From IMG/VR virus record IMGVR_UViG_3300032288_004964, positions 310,001-374,000 of that record: a DNA stretch of 64,000 nt. The stretch is one strand, 5' to 3'. Under the pieces are notes generated by a model, which was not told the origin of the DNA, did not search any database, and worked only from the letters and a program-made list of their open reading frames with translations. The position numbers and the translations under genes were made by a program. This document shows, one piece after another, positions 29,832 through 39,734 of this stretch; position 1 is the stretch's first letter; every line of letters starts with the position of its first letter.

Positions 29832-30473
29832 TTACTGTTTAAGCACACTTAGACCTGGATTTTCTCTCAGAGCATTCTCTACAGCATTGTCTACACTATT
29901 CTGGTCGCGATGTATTACTATATCATATTGTGAGCTTACAAGTTTCTTGGTATCTTCTATAACACTTGATACATTTGTAGCGGGTTCAGAAGATGTGACT
30001 TCATCCTTTCCTGAATATTCTTTAGTAGTCCATCCTTTTCCATCTGCCTTACTCACTAAAATCTTATCTGGTATATTATCATAATCATGTTTTGTAATAT
30101 GTAGGACGCCTTTGTATTTTAAATCCAACTGATTTCCGTACATCTTATCTTCATCATATAAAGCAGTTCCCGATACTGGTCTTCCATCTTTTCCCTTTCT
30201 AGGACACGCCGCATAGAATGCGTTTGGTCTGTGTGGTGTAGCAAAAGCTATTCCTTTCTCGATATCATATATCTCATGTCCTTCAGGGGTAGAGTCTCCG
30301 ACATTTTGACCTGGTCTAAGTGGGGATGTACCTTGGATCTTACCACCCGTTCCTATAAGTGAGTAGTCACTTCTCTTCCATAAGTCGCCTTTCCTATCTA
30401 TAGGATCTATTCTATATACATAATTGGGATAGTTGATACTCTCAAATATTCTGAATGATTTTATATGTTTCAT
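29832..30473 (-). CDS. Hypothetical protein with N-terminal leader
   Basis: MKHIKSFRIFES; AATATATA upstream. Confidence 0.55.
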   Translation of the reverse strand: MKHIKSFRIFESINYPNYVYRIDPIDRKGDLWKRSDYSLIGTGGKIQGTSPLRPGQNVGDSTPEGHEIYDIEKGIAFATPHRPNAFYAACPRKGKDGRPVSGTALYDEDKMYGNQLDLKYKGVLHITKHDYDNIPDKILVSKADGKGWTTKEYSGKDEVTSSEPATNVSSVIEDTKKLVSSQYDIVIHRDQNSVDNAVENALRENPGLSVLKQ

Positions 30474-30518
30474 ATTAGTATATATTAAAAATATAAATTA
30501 AAACTTAATATATACTTT

Positions 30519-30881
30519 ATGAGAAAAATGAGTCAATTAATAAAGGAAAGTGCAGAGTATGTAGGAGTTGGTTGTCAAAGTCTTAACTCTGAGTTAATAT
30601 TCCTAACAGAAGGTGGCCATCAAGTAGGAAGTCTTGTAATTATCTACAATGAAAATACCGCTTCTATTTTTTCAGTAGAAGTTCTAAATAAACATAGAGG
30701 AAAAGGATATGGTAAGAAATTAGTAGTTGAGGCTATTAACAGAGCTAAGTCTAAAGGATCATTGTCATTAGAGTTAAACACTGAAACTGATAACACAGTT
30801 GCTAATAATCTTTATAAATCATTAGGATTTGAACTAAATGGATTAAAAGATGATTTTAATAATTATAGAAAAATATTATAA
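30519..30881 (+). CDS. GNAT acetyltransferase with leader-like start
   Basis: VLNKHRGKGYGKKL motif A; NTVANNLYKSLGF; MRKMSQLIKES. Confidence 0.85.
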   Translation: MRKMSQLIKESAEYVGVGCQSLNSELIFLTEGGHQVGSLVIIYNENTASIFSVEVLNKHRGKGYGKKLVVEAINRAKSKGSLSLELNTETDNTVANNLYKSLGFELNGLKDDFNNYRKIL

Positions 30882-30883
30882 AT

Positions 30884-30913
30884 AAAAAGAGAGTCAAATG
30901 ACTCTCTTTTTTT
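30884..30913. terminator. Bidirectional intrinsic terminator
   Basis: A5 GAGAGTC-AAAT-GACTCTC T7. Confidence 0.85.
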
Positions 30914-31382
30914 ATTTACTTTTAGAAATTTCTTTTTCTTTTCTTTCCTTTTCTAATTCTTCTGGATGAAGTAATCCTCTACCATATATTTTGAATCTTT
31001 CATTATATCTTGTTTTAACTCTATCTGAAATAGGTATTGGAGAACCTTCTTCATCTAGCTTAACAAATACCATTTTTGTTGAGCAAACTATTTCTTGTTT
31101 ACCTGTGTGAACATTATGTTTTCTTGCTTCAAGATTAATAGTTACTGATGTGTTTCCAAATTTCTCAACTGAGGCATAAATCTTAATAAGATTTCCAACC
31201 TTAACGGGATTTTGAAAAACTACTTCTTCAATTTTCTTTGTTACCATTTTAGCTGAATCACATATCTGACAAGAATAAGCTGCTGCTGCCTCATCTAAAA
31301 AGGCCATCATTGATCCACCAAATAAATTTCCATGTACACCTAGGTCTAAGGCCATACATATTTTTGTTGTTACTAATTCCAT
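30912..31382 (-). CDS. Acyl-CoA thioesterase (hotdog fold)
   Basis: DLGVHGNLFGGSMMAFLDEAAA; F.NPVKVG; GNTS. Confidence 0.88.
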   Translation of the reverse strand: MELVTTKICMALDLGVHGNLFGGSMMAFLDEAAAAYSCQICDSAKMVTKKIEEVVFQNPVKVGNLIKIYASVEKFGNTSVTINLEARKHNVHTGKQEIVCSTKMVFVKLDEEGSPIPISDRVKTRYNERFKIYGRGLLHPEELEKERKEKEISKSK

Positions 31383-31384
31383 AA

Positions 31385-31888
31385 TTATTTTAATATTTCT
31401 TCTATTTTCATATCTCTTTCTTCATACTTTTCAGTTATATCTGCTAATCTAACTGTATATTTTGAAGTCATTGTTTCTAAGTTTACAAACTTAGTAATTG
31501 AAAACATTACAAGTTTTCTAAATTTCTTTTCATTGAAAAAATTATCTAATTCATCATCACTATTAAAGTCAAAGTTACTAACCCTATAAGCCTTTGATAC
31601 AAGATTACTACCTTCTATTTTAAAGATATTAAAAGATATTAGTGTTGATATAAATGATATTTTCTGCCAATGTTTATCTAAAAATGTTCCTAACCAAAGA
31701 GTTGGATCAACTGTAGCAACTCTAACATTAGTGTTCTCATGTCCCATTCTTTTGCTATTATCTAAAAGAAGTTTTAGACCTTCCATATTATACTCTGAAA
31801 ATGGATAAATTGATATACTTTTTGGATCAAGACTAATCTGTGGATCACTAGCTGACCAAATATTATGTTTTAATAGTTCCTCAAACAT
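31385..31888 (-). CDS. Hypothetical protein with C-terminal tag
   Basis: Ends ERDMKIEEILK. Confidence 0.55.
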   Translation of the reverse strand: MFEELLKHNIWSASDPQISLDPKSISIYPFSEYNMEGLKLLLDNSKRMGHENTNVRVATVDPTLWLGTFLDKHWQKISFISTLISFNIFKIEGSNLVSKAYRVSNFDFNSDDELDNFFNEKKFRKLVMFSITKFVNLETMTSKYTVRLADITEKYEERDMKIEEILK

Positions 31889-32301
31889 TATAAATCATAT
31901 TTTTTTATTTCTATCCCAGCTTCTTTTAAGAAGTCTAAACCTGATGTATCTTTATAGTTTTCAAGATAAACTAACCTTTTTATTCCAGATTGTAGTATAA
32001 GTTTAGAACATTCTTTACAAGGTGAATGTGTTTGATATAAAGTACCACCTTCACAGGAATGTCCGTGTTTAGCACATTTTAAAATAGCGTTAGCTTCTCC
32101 GTGTATAACATACCAATTAGTATCACCATCACCATTTTCACAAGAGTTATCAAATCCGGTTGGTGTGCCATTATATCCATCGGATATAATCATGCCGTTT
32201 TTAACTATTAAAGCACCTACTTGTTTTCTGGTGCAATGTGATAGTTTAGCCCACTCTGTAGCCATTTTAAGATAAACTATATCATACTTCTCTTGTTTCA
32301 T
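31888..32301 (-). CDS. dCMP deaminase
   Basis: SHCTRKQVGA, GYNGTP, HGEANAI, SPCKEC. Confidence 0.93.
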   Translation of the reverse strand: MKQEKYDIVYLKMATEWAKLSHCTRKQVGALIVKNGMIISDGYNGTPTGFDNSCENGDGDTNWYVIHGEANAILKCAKHGHSCEGGTLYQTHSPCKECSKLILQSGIKRLVYLENYKDTSGLDFLKEAGIEIKKYDL

Positions 32302-32410
32302 CTGGGAACATTTTTTTTATTTTTTCTTTTCTTATATCTTGTTTTTCTAACCCAATCATTTTCATAATCCAATCTGTTGAAAAGTATTTTTTACTGTATA
32401 TACTTAACAT
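32282..32410 (-). CDS. 42-aa protein: portal(gp20)-like fragment + C-terminal tag (not in ORF track)
   Basis: MLSIYSKKYFSTDWIMKMIGLEKQDIRKEKIKKMFPDETREV. Confidence 0.5.
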   Translation of the reverse strand: MLSIYSKKYFSTDWIMKMIGLEKQDIRKEKIKKMFPDETREV

Positions 32411-32429
32411 ATCTTTTATTAAATCTAAT

Positions 32430-32618
32430 CTACTTTTCATCAAATATTCTTTTTATTTTATTCTTTCTAATATTGGTCCTATATTTTCTAATAGCTCCTA
32501 TAAAAGCAGATTGTGGATATATTCTACCATTATTGTGTGTATTATCAAATGTTTGTAGAATACCTTTTAAGACAATTACCTTTTCATTAATATTAACTAA
32601 TTTATCTTCTTCACTCAT
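32430..32618 (-). CDS. 62-aa protein: prohead protease(gp21)-like fragment + C-terminal tag
   Basis: VLKGILQTFDNTHNNGRIYPQSAF...Y then IRKNKIKRIF. Confidence 0.6.
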   Translation of the reverse strand: MSEEDKLVNINEKVIVLKGILQTFDNTHNNGRIYPQSAFIGAIRKYRTNIRKNKIKRIFDEK

Positions 32619-32796
32619 CTGGAAATAATCTTTTTATTTTTTCTTTTCTGATATTAGCTCTTTCATCTTTAAGTAGATTATTGATAACACTACCAACCAT
32701 TGGATTAGTAACAAACCAATCACCGGATCCTCTTCTTGATTTATCAGCAATCATAGATGATGCTTTTAATAATTTATCAAGTAAGTCTTTCTGCAT
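32611..32796 (-). CDS. 61-aa protein: major capsid(gp23)-like fragment + C-terminal tag
   Basis: LLKASSMIADKSRRGSGDWFVTNPMVGSVI then IRKEKIKRLF. Confidence 0.6.
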   Translation of the reverse strand: MQKDLLDKLLKASSMIADKSRRGSGDWFVTNPMVGSVINNLLKDERANIRKEKIKRLFPDE

Positions 32797-33568
32797 GATT
32801 AATTTTAGTTTTTACATTCCAATCTCTTGGTAAATACTGACATTGATTATTTTCTAAAAAGTGACTTCTCCACATTTCCACAAAAGATTGTATATCAGTT
32901 ATTTGACTCATAACAATTTGCCCATGAGTTTTATTCAAAATAGTTGTTCTAACCTCTGAAATCTCATTTAGCTTTTTCTTAGATAGTCTTTTGATAGAGA
33001 ATCTATTTTTTAATTCTGACTTTAAATACTTAATTCTTTTTGTAGGAATTTTACTTAAATCTTCTTTGAGTAAAGTCATTGCCATTTTACTAAACTTAAT
33101 AAATTCTTTATCCTGAGTTGTTTCTCCATTAACTGGAGCATTATACTCATTTGCTAAAAAGTCTTTTAATTTATCCGCTTGTCTTTCATATCTTTCGTGA
33201 CATTGAACACAAAGTGAAAGAACATCATGAAAGTTATGTGATTTAAGACTTATTGGAAAGTATTTGCGATAACAATAAGGAACAACGTGATGTCTAGTTA
33301 AGTATTCTTCAGATCCGCAGCAAACGCACTTGTTGCTCATTTCTGTTAATCCAAATTCTTTATTATGATTACCTAATCCTTGTGGTTGAAACTTTAACTT
33401 AATAGTTAAAGGTTTTTCTTTGATGATATCTGCTAAATTTCTATTAAGATACCAATTAGCTTTTTTATCATCACATCTAAACATAAGAATACCACCAGGT
33501 GAAAACACCTGGCAGTTTCCATAAATCTTTCGGTTTTTAGTTGCTCCGTATGATGATATTAAACTCAC
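32777..33568 (-). CDS. HNH-like protein similar to the EXD2 C-terminal region
   Basis: YGNC...PGG..MFRCD.KKANWYL, CVCCG...LTRHHVVP..YRKYFP...KSHNFHDVLSLC..CH. Confidence 0.7.
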   Translation of the reverse strand: MSLISSYGATKNRKIYGNCQVFSPGGILMFRCDDKKANWYLNRNLADIIKEKPLTIKLKFQPQGLGNHNKEFGLTEMSNKCVCCGSEEYLTRHHVVPYCYRKYFPISLKSHNFHDVLSLCVQCHERYERQADKLKDFLANEYNAPVNGETTQDKEFIKFSKMAMTLLKEDLSKIPTKRIKYLKSELKNRFSIKRLSKKKLNEISEVRTTILNKTHGQIVMSQITDIQSFVEMWRSHFLENNQCQYLPRDWNVKTKINHAERLT

Positions 33569-34122
33569 GACTTTTTGTCAATCTGTAATATGCCTAGTTC
33601 TACTGGTGTTTTTCTACCAAATATTAGAACTGATACTTTAACTTTTTTATCTTTAATTTCTTCAATTGTTCCAAAGAATCCATTGAAAGGTCCATCAAGA
33701 ACTTTTACTTCTTCTCCTACAACAAAAGTAGCTTCTGGTTCTAGTTCTTCTTTTGATTCTTCATGTTTACCTAACATGCTATTTACTTCAGCTTGTGAAA
33801 GAGGTTGAACTCCACCAGCTCTATTAGTTAAGAATCCTTGAGCACCATTAACTCCTTTTAGGAAATATTTCAATTCACCAATTGCGTTGGTTTCAATAAA
33901 AATGTATCCAGGAAAAAGAACTTTTTCTCTCATTACCTTTTTACCATTCTTTAGAAAAAAGCTTTTCTCAATAGGAACAATAACTTGACCTACCTTTCCA
34001 AAAAGATCTCCTTTTTCTGCTTCTTTAATTAATCTCTCAGATACACTTTTTTCTCTGTTAGATTGTGCTCTAACTACATACCATTTCATTGTAGTTTGTT
34101 TTTCCATAGTTGCTGTATTCAT
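33565..34122 (-). CDS. nusG: Transcription elongation factor NusG
   Basis: WYVVRAQSNREK, LFPGYIFI, KOW GPFNGFFG, IFGRKTPVEL. Confidence 0.95.
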   Translation of the reverse strand: MNTATMEKQTTMKWYVVRAQSNREKSVSERLIKEAEKGDLFGKVGQVIVPIEKSFFLKNGKKVMREKVLFPGYIFIETNAIGELKYFLKGVNGAQGFLTNRAGGVQPLSQAEVNSMLGKHEESKEELEPEATFVVGEEVKVLDGPFNGFFGTIEEIKDKKVKVSVLIFGRKTPVELGILQIDKKS

Positions 34123-34133
34123 TTGTTTATATT

Positions 34134-34529
34134 TTATTTGTTATTCTTTTCTAAGTCTTTATACCATTTCAATTCTTCTTTGATAAAATCTGGATGATTT
34201 TCTATTAAATAATCCAAATCAATATCTTTAATCTTTAGTTTCAATAGTAAAAGTTTATAATCCTTTTCAGGAATTTCAGACTTATTAGATTTTTCTGACT
34301 TAGACCAAAACCAATATGGGTAGGGTTTGTCTTTCATAAAATGATACCATAAATCTAAAGAGGATACTTTATCTATTAATTTAAGATTCAAAAGTTGAGC
34401 TCTTTCAGGATATTTCTTTGCAAAATATCTATTAAAGATAAAGAAAAATTTCTCTTTATCCTCATCTTTTATTTTTTCCCAAGGTGCTTTTCTAAACATA
34501 GCATTGGCAACATCTATCAATTCAGCCAT
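34134..34529 (-). CDS. Possible T4 gp62-like clamp loader small subunit
   Basis: FIFNRYFA...AQLLN...W.K pattern and size; adjacent to RNase H; weak by-eye match. Confidence 0.35.
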   Translation of the reverse strand: MAELIDVANAMFRKAPWEKIKDEDKEKFFFIFNRYFAKKYPERAQLLNLKLIDKVSSLDLWYHFMKDKPYPYWFWSKSEKSNKSEIPEKDYKLLLLKLKIKDIDLDYLIENHPDFIKEELKWYKDLEKNNK

Positions 34530-34530
34530 A

Positions 34531-35514
34531 TTATCTTAATAAATTACTACCAGAGTAACCATTTTCCATTTTATCAATAATTTCCTGTGGTAAATTATGT
34601 AATCTCAAATCAATAAGTTTCATATTACCTTTAATATTTTCTACAATAGATTCAATTTGAGTTTTACTTAATTTCTTTTTCTCACAAATTAAATCAGCTA
34701 TATTCTCATATAAATCTGGATCACTTAAATTAAGTTCACCAAACTCTAAAATATAATCATTGTATATTGATTGAGCTCCTTTACCACCAATACCTCTTTT
34801 TCTACCATTCTTAGTTACAGACCAAACAGAACCAATATTATCACTTTGGTCACCAGATATAATCTTAACCATAAGAGATTCTACAGGGTCAATTTCATTA
34901 ACCTCATATTTACTAATAAACTTATCCATTAAGTTTAAAAAGTCAGAGTTATCATTTAAGTTAAATATATCATCACTTGGAAGTTTAGATACTTTATTTA
35001 AGAATATTTGATAATTCTTTGGTAAGAATAGTTTTTCTCGGTTATACATCTCATTAGTCATTATATTGACAAAAAGAGGGTCTAGGCCGTAGTTTACAAT
35101 TTGTTTGATATCATAGTCATTTGATACTATAATAGTTGACCTTCCTTCTTTATTTGCTTTAGTTACTAAAAAAGAAATCCAGTCATCACCTTCAACATGT
35201 GGTGCTTCTAATACTTTTACGAATCCTCTTAAAGATTCTTTAAATTCACCATAAGCACTATAAACAAAGTTCCAATCAATATCAGAATCTTTTTTACGAG
35301 TAGACTTATAGCCAGTTGTATATTGTTTTCTCCAAGATTTCTCTTTAGAGTCAGATACAAAATAAACATTAGTAAATGGATACCATTTTCTATAATTATT
35401 AACAGATGATTCTAATGACTTATGTAGTGCTCCGAAAAGTAAATTATTTTTGTGTAAAGTGAATGCGTTTTTAGATAGTAAAAAATTACCATCAATTATT
35501 AAATCTACTAACAT
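34531..35514 (-). CDS. T4 RNase H-like 5'-3' exonuclease/flap endonuclease
   Basis: LIIDGN, SWRK...YKSTR, VEGDDWI, SNDYDIKQ, GDQSDNI. Confidence 0.85.
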   Translation of the reverse strand: MLVDLIIDGNFLLSKNAFTLHKNNLLFGALHKSLESSVNNYRKWYPFTNVYFVSDSKEKSWRKQYTTGYKSTRKKDSDIDWNFVYSAYGEFKESLRGFVKVLEAPHVEGDDWISFLVTKANKEGRSTIIVSNDYDIKQIVNYGLDPLFVNIMTNEMYNREKLFLPKNYQIFLNKVSKLPSDDIFNLNDNSDFLNLMDKFISKYEVNEIDPVESLMVKIISGDQSDNIGSVWSVTKNGRKRGIGGKGAQSIYNDYILEFGELNLSDPDLYENIADLICEKKKLSKTQIESIVENIKGNMKLIDLRLHNLPQEIIDKMENGYSGSNLLR

Positions 35515-35555
35515 TAGCTATTTTATTTTAATATATATAGAAAAAAATAACAAAT

Positions 35556-36458
35556 ATGTTGTTAACAAAGTTAATTAATATTACAATGAATAGAGGAAAT
35601 TTAGGATACTATAATAAAGTTATGTTGAATAAATATAAAATCGGAGAAATTATTGAAGTACCAATTAATTTAATTCCTAAAAGTTCATATGTTGTGGTGG
35701 ATGTTCTATGTGATATTTGCAAAAAAGAATCAACTACAACATATAGAAACTATAATGATTGTCTTAATTATGGATTCTACTCTTGTGGTAAGTGTAAACA
35801 TATTAAGAGAAAAATGACAAATAAAATAAAACATGGTATTGATAATTATCAAAATGTTGATAAGATAAAAAGTACGATGATTGATAGATATGGCTATTAT
35901 AACAATAATAGAGATAAATCTAAAAAAACTTGCATTGATAAATATGGAGAGGATAATGTTTCTAAAGTTGACTCGGTTAAACTAACAAAATCTAAAACAA
36001 ATATCGATAATTGGGGAGTTAGTAATGTATTTCAATCTAATGAGATAAAGATGAAGTCCAAAAAGACAATGCTTAGTAAGTTTGGAGTTGAACATGCAAA
36101 TCAAGATTTTAATACCTTTAATAAGGCTCAGATATCTGGATATAAAATAAAAAAATATGGTGGTATTTATTATAGAGGTAAAAATGAACTAGATTTTATA
36201 AAATATTGTGAACTTAGAGGTATTAAAGTTGAAAATGGTCCGTCCGTTAAATTTAAGATTGATAATAAGTTAAAAGTATATCACTCTGACTTCTATATTA
36301 GAGATATTAATTTAATATGTGAGATTAAATCAAAATATACATATGATTATAATAAAAGTATAAATGATTTAAAGAGAGATGCTTGTATAGAACAAGGGTA
36401 TAAATTTATATTTATAATTGATATGAATTATACTGAATTTAATAATATTAACCAATAA
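35556..36458 (+). mobile_element. Free-standing homing endonuclease-like gene
   Basis: CDIC/CGKC Zn motifs, KYGxxNV-type repeats, YHSDF...ICEIKS nuclease motif; inverted relative to neighbours. Confidence 0.65.
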
Positions 36459-36873
36459 GTTTTCTTATGTTGCTTTCTCTTTTCAACTTTAAATCCTGAT
36501 ATGAATTATCAATGATTTTATCTAAAGCATCCTTTTGTAATCTTATATTTACATCAGTTATAATCTTTGCATATTTTTTTGCAAATTCAATATTCTCATC
36601 TTTATATTCATTGTAATCATCTCGTGATAAAATCACTAATCCTGTTTCTGGACAAACACAAAAATGAATTCTTTGTGTTAATATTGATAAGCCAAGTGCA
36701 TTGTTTGTTCTGCTTATCATTTTTGTATCTATGTCGATAGAATAATAAAACTCTTTCTTTTTCTTATCAGTATAGATATCTATTTCTATTTCTTCTAATC
36801 TATACTCAATTAAATCATCAATAAATTCTGATAATTTATTTATCATGTAATCAGTCACTAATAATAGAATCAA
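36448..36873 (-). CDS. Hypothetical protein with C-terminal tag
   Basis: Ends KRESNIRKLIG; real start probably MINKL. Confidence 0.55.
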   Translation of the reverse strand: MILLLVTDYMINKLSEFIDDLIEYRLEEIEIDIYTDKKKKEFYYSIDIDTKMISRTNNALGLSILTQRIHFCVCPETGLVILSRDDYNEYKDENIEFAKKYAKIITDVNIRLQKDALDKIIDNSYQDLKLKRESNIRKLIG

Positions 36874-37252
36874 TTTTTCTATCTCTTTCTAAGATTAAAA
36901 ACTTTCTTTCTAAAAAAGTTGATATTTTGTCTGGTAAACTAACACCTTGTTTAAGTAATTCGTCATAATATGGTTTTCCCAAAACATTTATACAAGCTAT
37001 AATCGATACCACATTACTATCTTTATATCCTTCAATTTCAACATCTTCTCCTAAAATATGATATGTGCTTTTTGCTGATATTCCTTGTAAAGTAGTATAG
37101 GTTGATCCTGCTGTAGTTATTGTACCAGAAGTTATTGTAGATGATCCAGATCCATATATTCCATATGCACCATATGCAACACTTGATCCAGTTAGACCAT
37201 ATCCTATAGCTGATGTGTGCACATTATTTCCGTTGATATTTACAAATCCCAT
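36851..37252 (-). CDS. Hypothetical protein (G/S/T-rich N-terminus) with C-terminal tag
   Basis: Ends ERDRKIDSIISD. Confidence 0.55.
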   Translation of the reverse strand: MGFVNINGNNVHTSAIGYGLTGSSVAYGAYGIYGSGSSTITSGTITTAGSTYTTLQGISAKSTYHILGEDVEIEGYKDSNVVSIIACINVLGKPYYDELLKQGVSLPDKISTFLERKFLILERDRKIDSIISD

Positions 37253-37281
37253 ATCAATTATATAATTGAGATTAGAAAAGT

Positions 37282-38865
37282 TTATACCACTCTTAGATAT
37301 CTAGGTGTATCAAACTTATCGGTTTGTATTGAAAGTGCGTATCTTAAAATCTTAGTTACTACATCATTAGATTCTTTGTGACTTATCTCATGTAATTGAA
37401 TTATAGAAAGAACAACTTGTAAAGATTGTACTCTTGAGATTAACTTCTTTTCGCTATTAGAAATATCTTTCCCTCTTGTTATTGGTCTAACAATAATTAA
37501 ATTACCTTCTGTTTGTTTCTTAATCTTATTAATAGTAGATATTAAACTTTTAACTAAAGATTTTAGTTGGTCAATATTTAAAGCTGATAACTCCTGATAG
37601 GTTTGTAATTTTTGAATCTTTAATCCTGATTGTATCTTAGAATCCAATATTCTTTTAATTGCTTTGAATGATACTTTACCATGTCTTGAAGAAGAACCTT
37701 CAACTTCACCATCAATGTTTTGATCTTTGCTAGTATCAGATGAATCAAAATTTATATTTCTGTCTTTAACATCAACATCTTTATCATTTCTGTGTTTCCA
37801 AATTGAAGTAGTTGATATTTTAGAAGATATTCCTCTCATATCAGATCCAACCATAAATGATTTAATGAAAAAGTCCGGTAATTCTTTACCTAATTCAGAA
37901 TTAGTAATAATCTTAAAACTTCCAGATACTTTCTTTAATGAAAGTGGAATTAACATTTTAGAATCAAAGTATTTATTCAATACCATATTGAGTTCATTTA
38001 TTGTTTCAGCAGAATTGATATCAGTTAGAATTCTTTCTTTATCAATAAAACTAATCATATAAACATCAGCTGGACAATATTTAGTTATATTTATATCAGT
38101 AAAATCTTCAATTTTTGATAATTCTTTATACTTATTGTAAATAGCTACATAAGGTGAGTCAGATCCACTATAACCAACATGGTATATAGAGTAAACTTTA
38201 TTAATATCTATAAAATTACCTGTCTTAGACCATAATTTATTAGGTATTCTAAAAAATGTTTCTAACCAGTTAGGATCTTGTAAAAAGTCATCTATTAGAT
38301 TTTCATCTATTTTAAAACCTCTCATATCATCTTCTTTCATCACCGAATCTGGTAAATGAACTAAGTTGGATGGATAATTTACAAACTTATTAAAAAATCT
38401 TAGTAGATTTGATGAACTTAAATAAGATTCAGGAAAAGCTTGCTTTATTGCTAAAAATATACACTGAACTGATTCAAATTGTTTTACCAATCTACCAGCA
38501 CCAGCAGAACCAAACTCTCTTGTTTTCTTAAACTGATTTAATCTAAATTCATCACCATCTTCATCTTTGAAGACTGGTTCATATCTATTACCCTTTGTAA
38601 AGTATTTCTTAGCTTTATCAGTATCATATTTTCCATCAGTAGTTATATTATCAACCACATCAGATGGTTCTACCCAATTACCCTCTTCATCTTTCATTTT
38701 ATCTACTTCAATATTTTTATTATTGTTAGTAGTAAATGAAGGATCTTCTTTTAGTTTTCTAACTAAAACATCACCTCTTTTTTCATCATCTCTTACTTTA
38801 CCTAGTTCAGCAAGATTTAATTCTACTTCTTCTAAGAAGCTTTTATAATTTGGTATTTTTTTCAT
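37282..38865 (-). CDS. Large hypothetical protein with N-terminal leader
   Basis: MKKIPNYKSFLEE; PADVY...PLSLKK could be a restriction-like nuclease motif. Confidence 0.55.
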   Translation of the reverse strand: MKKIPNYKSFLEEVELNLAELGKVRDDEKRGDVLVRKLKEDPSFTTNNNKNIEVDKMKDEEGNWVEPSDVVDNITTDGKYDTDKAKKYFTKGNRYEPVFKDEDGDEFRLNQFKKTREFGSAGAGRLVKQFESVQCIFLAIKQAFPESYLSSSNLLRFFNKFVNYPSNLVHLPDSVMKEDDMRGFKIDENLIDDFLQDPNWLETFFRIPNKLWSKTGNFIDINKVYSIYHVGYSGSDSPYVAIYNKYKELSKIEDFTDINITKYCPADVYMISFIDKERILTDINSAETINELNMVLNKYFDSKMLIPLSLKKVSGSFKIITNSELGKELPDFFIKSFMVGSDMRGISSKISTTSIWKHRNDKDVDVKDRNINFDSSDTSKDQNIDGEVEGSSSRHGKVSFKAIKRILDSKIQSGLKIQKLQTYQELSALNIDQLKSLVKSLISTINKIKKQTEGNLIIVRPITRGKDISNSEKKLISRVQSLQVVLSIIQLHEISHKESNDVVTKILRYALSIQTDKFDTPRYLRVV

Positions 38866-38896
38866 CTAACATATATATTAAATATGTTAGACGGAA

Positions 38897-39421
38897 TTAT
38901 AAAATTTTACTAATTTGTATATCTCTATAAAGACCTGTAAAAGATTCTCTTATATCTTCATCATATTCATAGAAATTTCTATTTCCGTAAAAGTCATAAT
39001 GTTCTCTATTTACTTTTTTCTCAATTTTATCATATGCTTCTTTGACTAAATCAAAACAGTCTTCTTTTTCAGTCCATTTAACCATATTATAAATCAAATC
39101 AAAACCAATGTCATTAAATCCTCTAAAGAAGTATTTATTAGAATAGTTATTAAAATAGTTTTCAATTATTACTTTATTTAAATTTTCAATCCTTTTTGGT
39201 ATTGATAATAAAGGTGTTGTGAAATAAAACTCACAACCTAAACACATTAAATGTTTTGTTAATTTCAAAATAGCATTATGAACTTTAGAATCTAAGAAAA
39301 CATATACAATATCATCTTTAATAAAACATACAGGCACATGTTCATATTTCTTAAACATAAGAAATTTTCCTTTAATAGTCCAGGACTTATTATTATCAGG
39401 TATTAAATCACTTAATTCCAT
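38897..39421 (-). CDS. Hypothetical protein with C-terminal tag
   Basis: Ends YRDIQISKIL. Confidence 0.55.
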   Translation of the reverse strand: MELSDLIPDNNKSWTIKGKFLMFKKYEHVPVCFIKDDIVYVFLDSKVHNAILKLTKHLMCLGCEFYFTTPLLSIPKRIENLNKVIIENYFNNYSNKYFFRGFNDIGFDLIYNMVKWTEKEDCFDLVKEAYDKIEKKVNREHYDFYGNRNFYEYDEDIRESFTGLYRDIQISKIL

Positions 39422-39734
39422 ACTCTTTTATTATTTTCAAAAATAATCTCTTATTATATTCCCTAGTTTCTAACTTTCTACTATCTCTATAAGACTCCTT
39501 TGATCTATTTGGGGAATACTTAATTTTATATTTTGAATCCCATTTAGTTGTAACATGTGTTTTGAATCTATGAGCATCTTTAGATCCTATGTAATCTTTT
39601 ACATTACCAGGATCATGACCATATTCGTTTACATCTTGGAAGTATCTCCAGTAAGAGCGTATTTTAATAGTAGTCTTAATTCTACTAATTACTATTTTTT
39701 CTTCCATATGTCTTCGCCAGGCACGATCTCTCAT
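39408..39734 (-). CDS. Basic hypothetical protein
   Basis: Start MRDRAWRR just after minus-strand TATATTTG (39741-39748). Confidence 0.55.
   Translation of the reverse strand: MRDRAWRRHMEEKIVISRIKTTIKIRSYWRYFQDVNEYGHDPGNVKDYIGSKDAHRFKTHVTTKWDSKYKIKYSPNRSKESYRDSRKLETREYNKRLFLKIIKEYGIK

Noticed and set aside
32377-32628. Plus-strand hydrophobic 83-aa ORF
   Set aside because: Antisense shadow of the Lys-rich tagged mini-genes, which fit the minus-strand operon.
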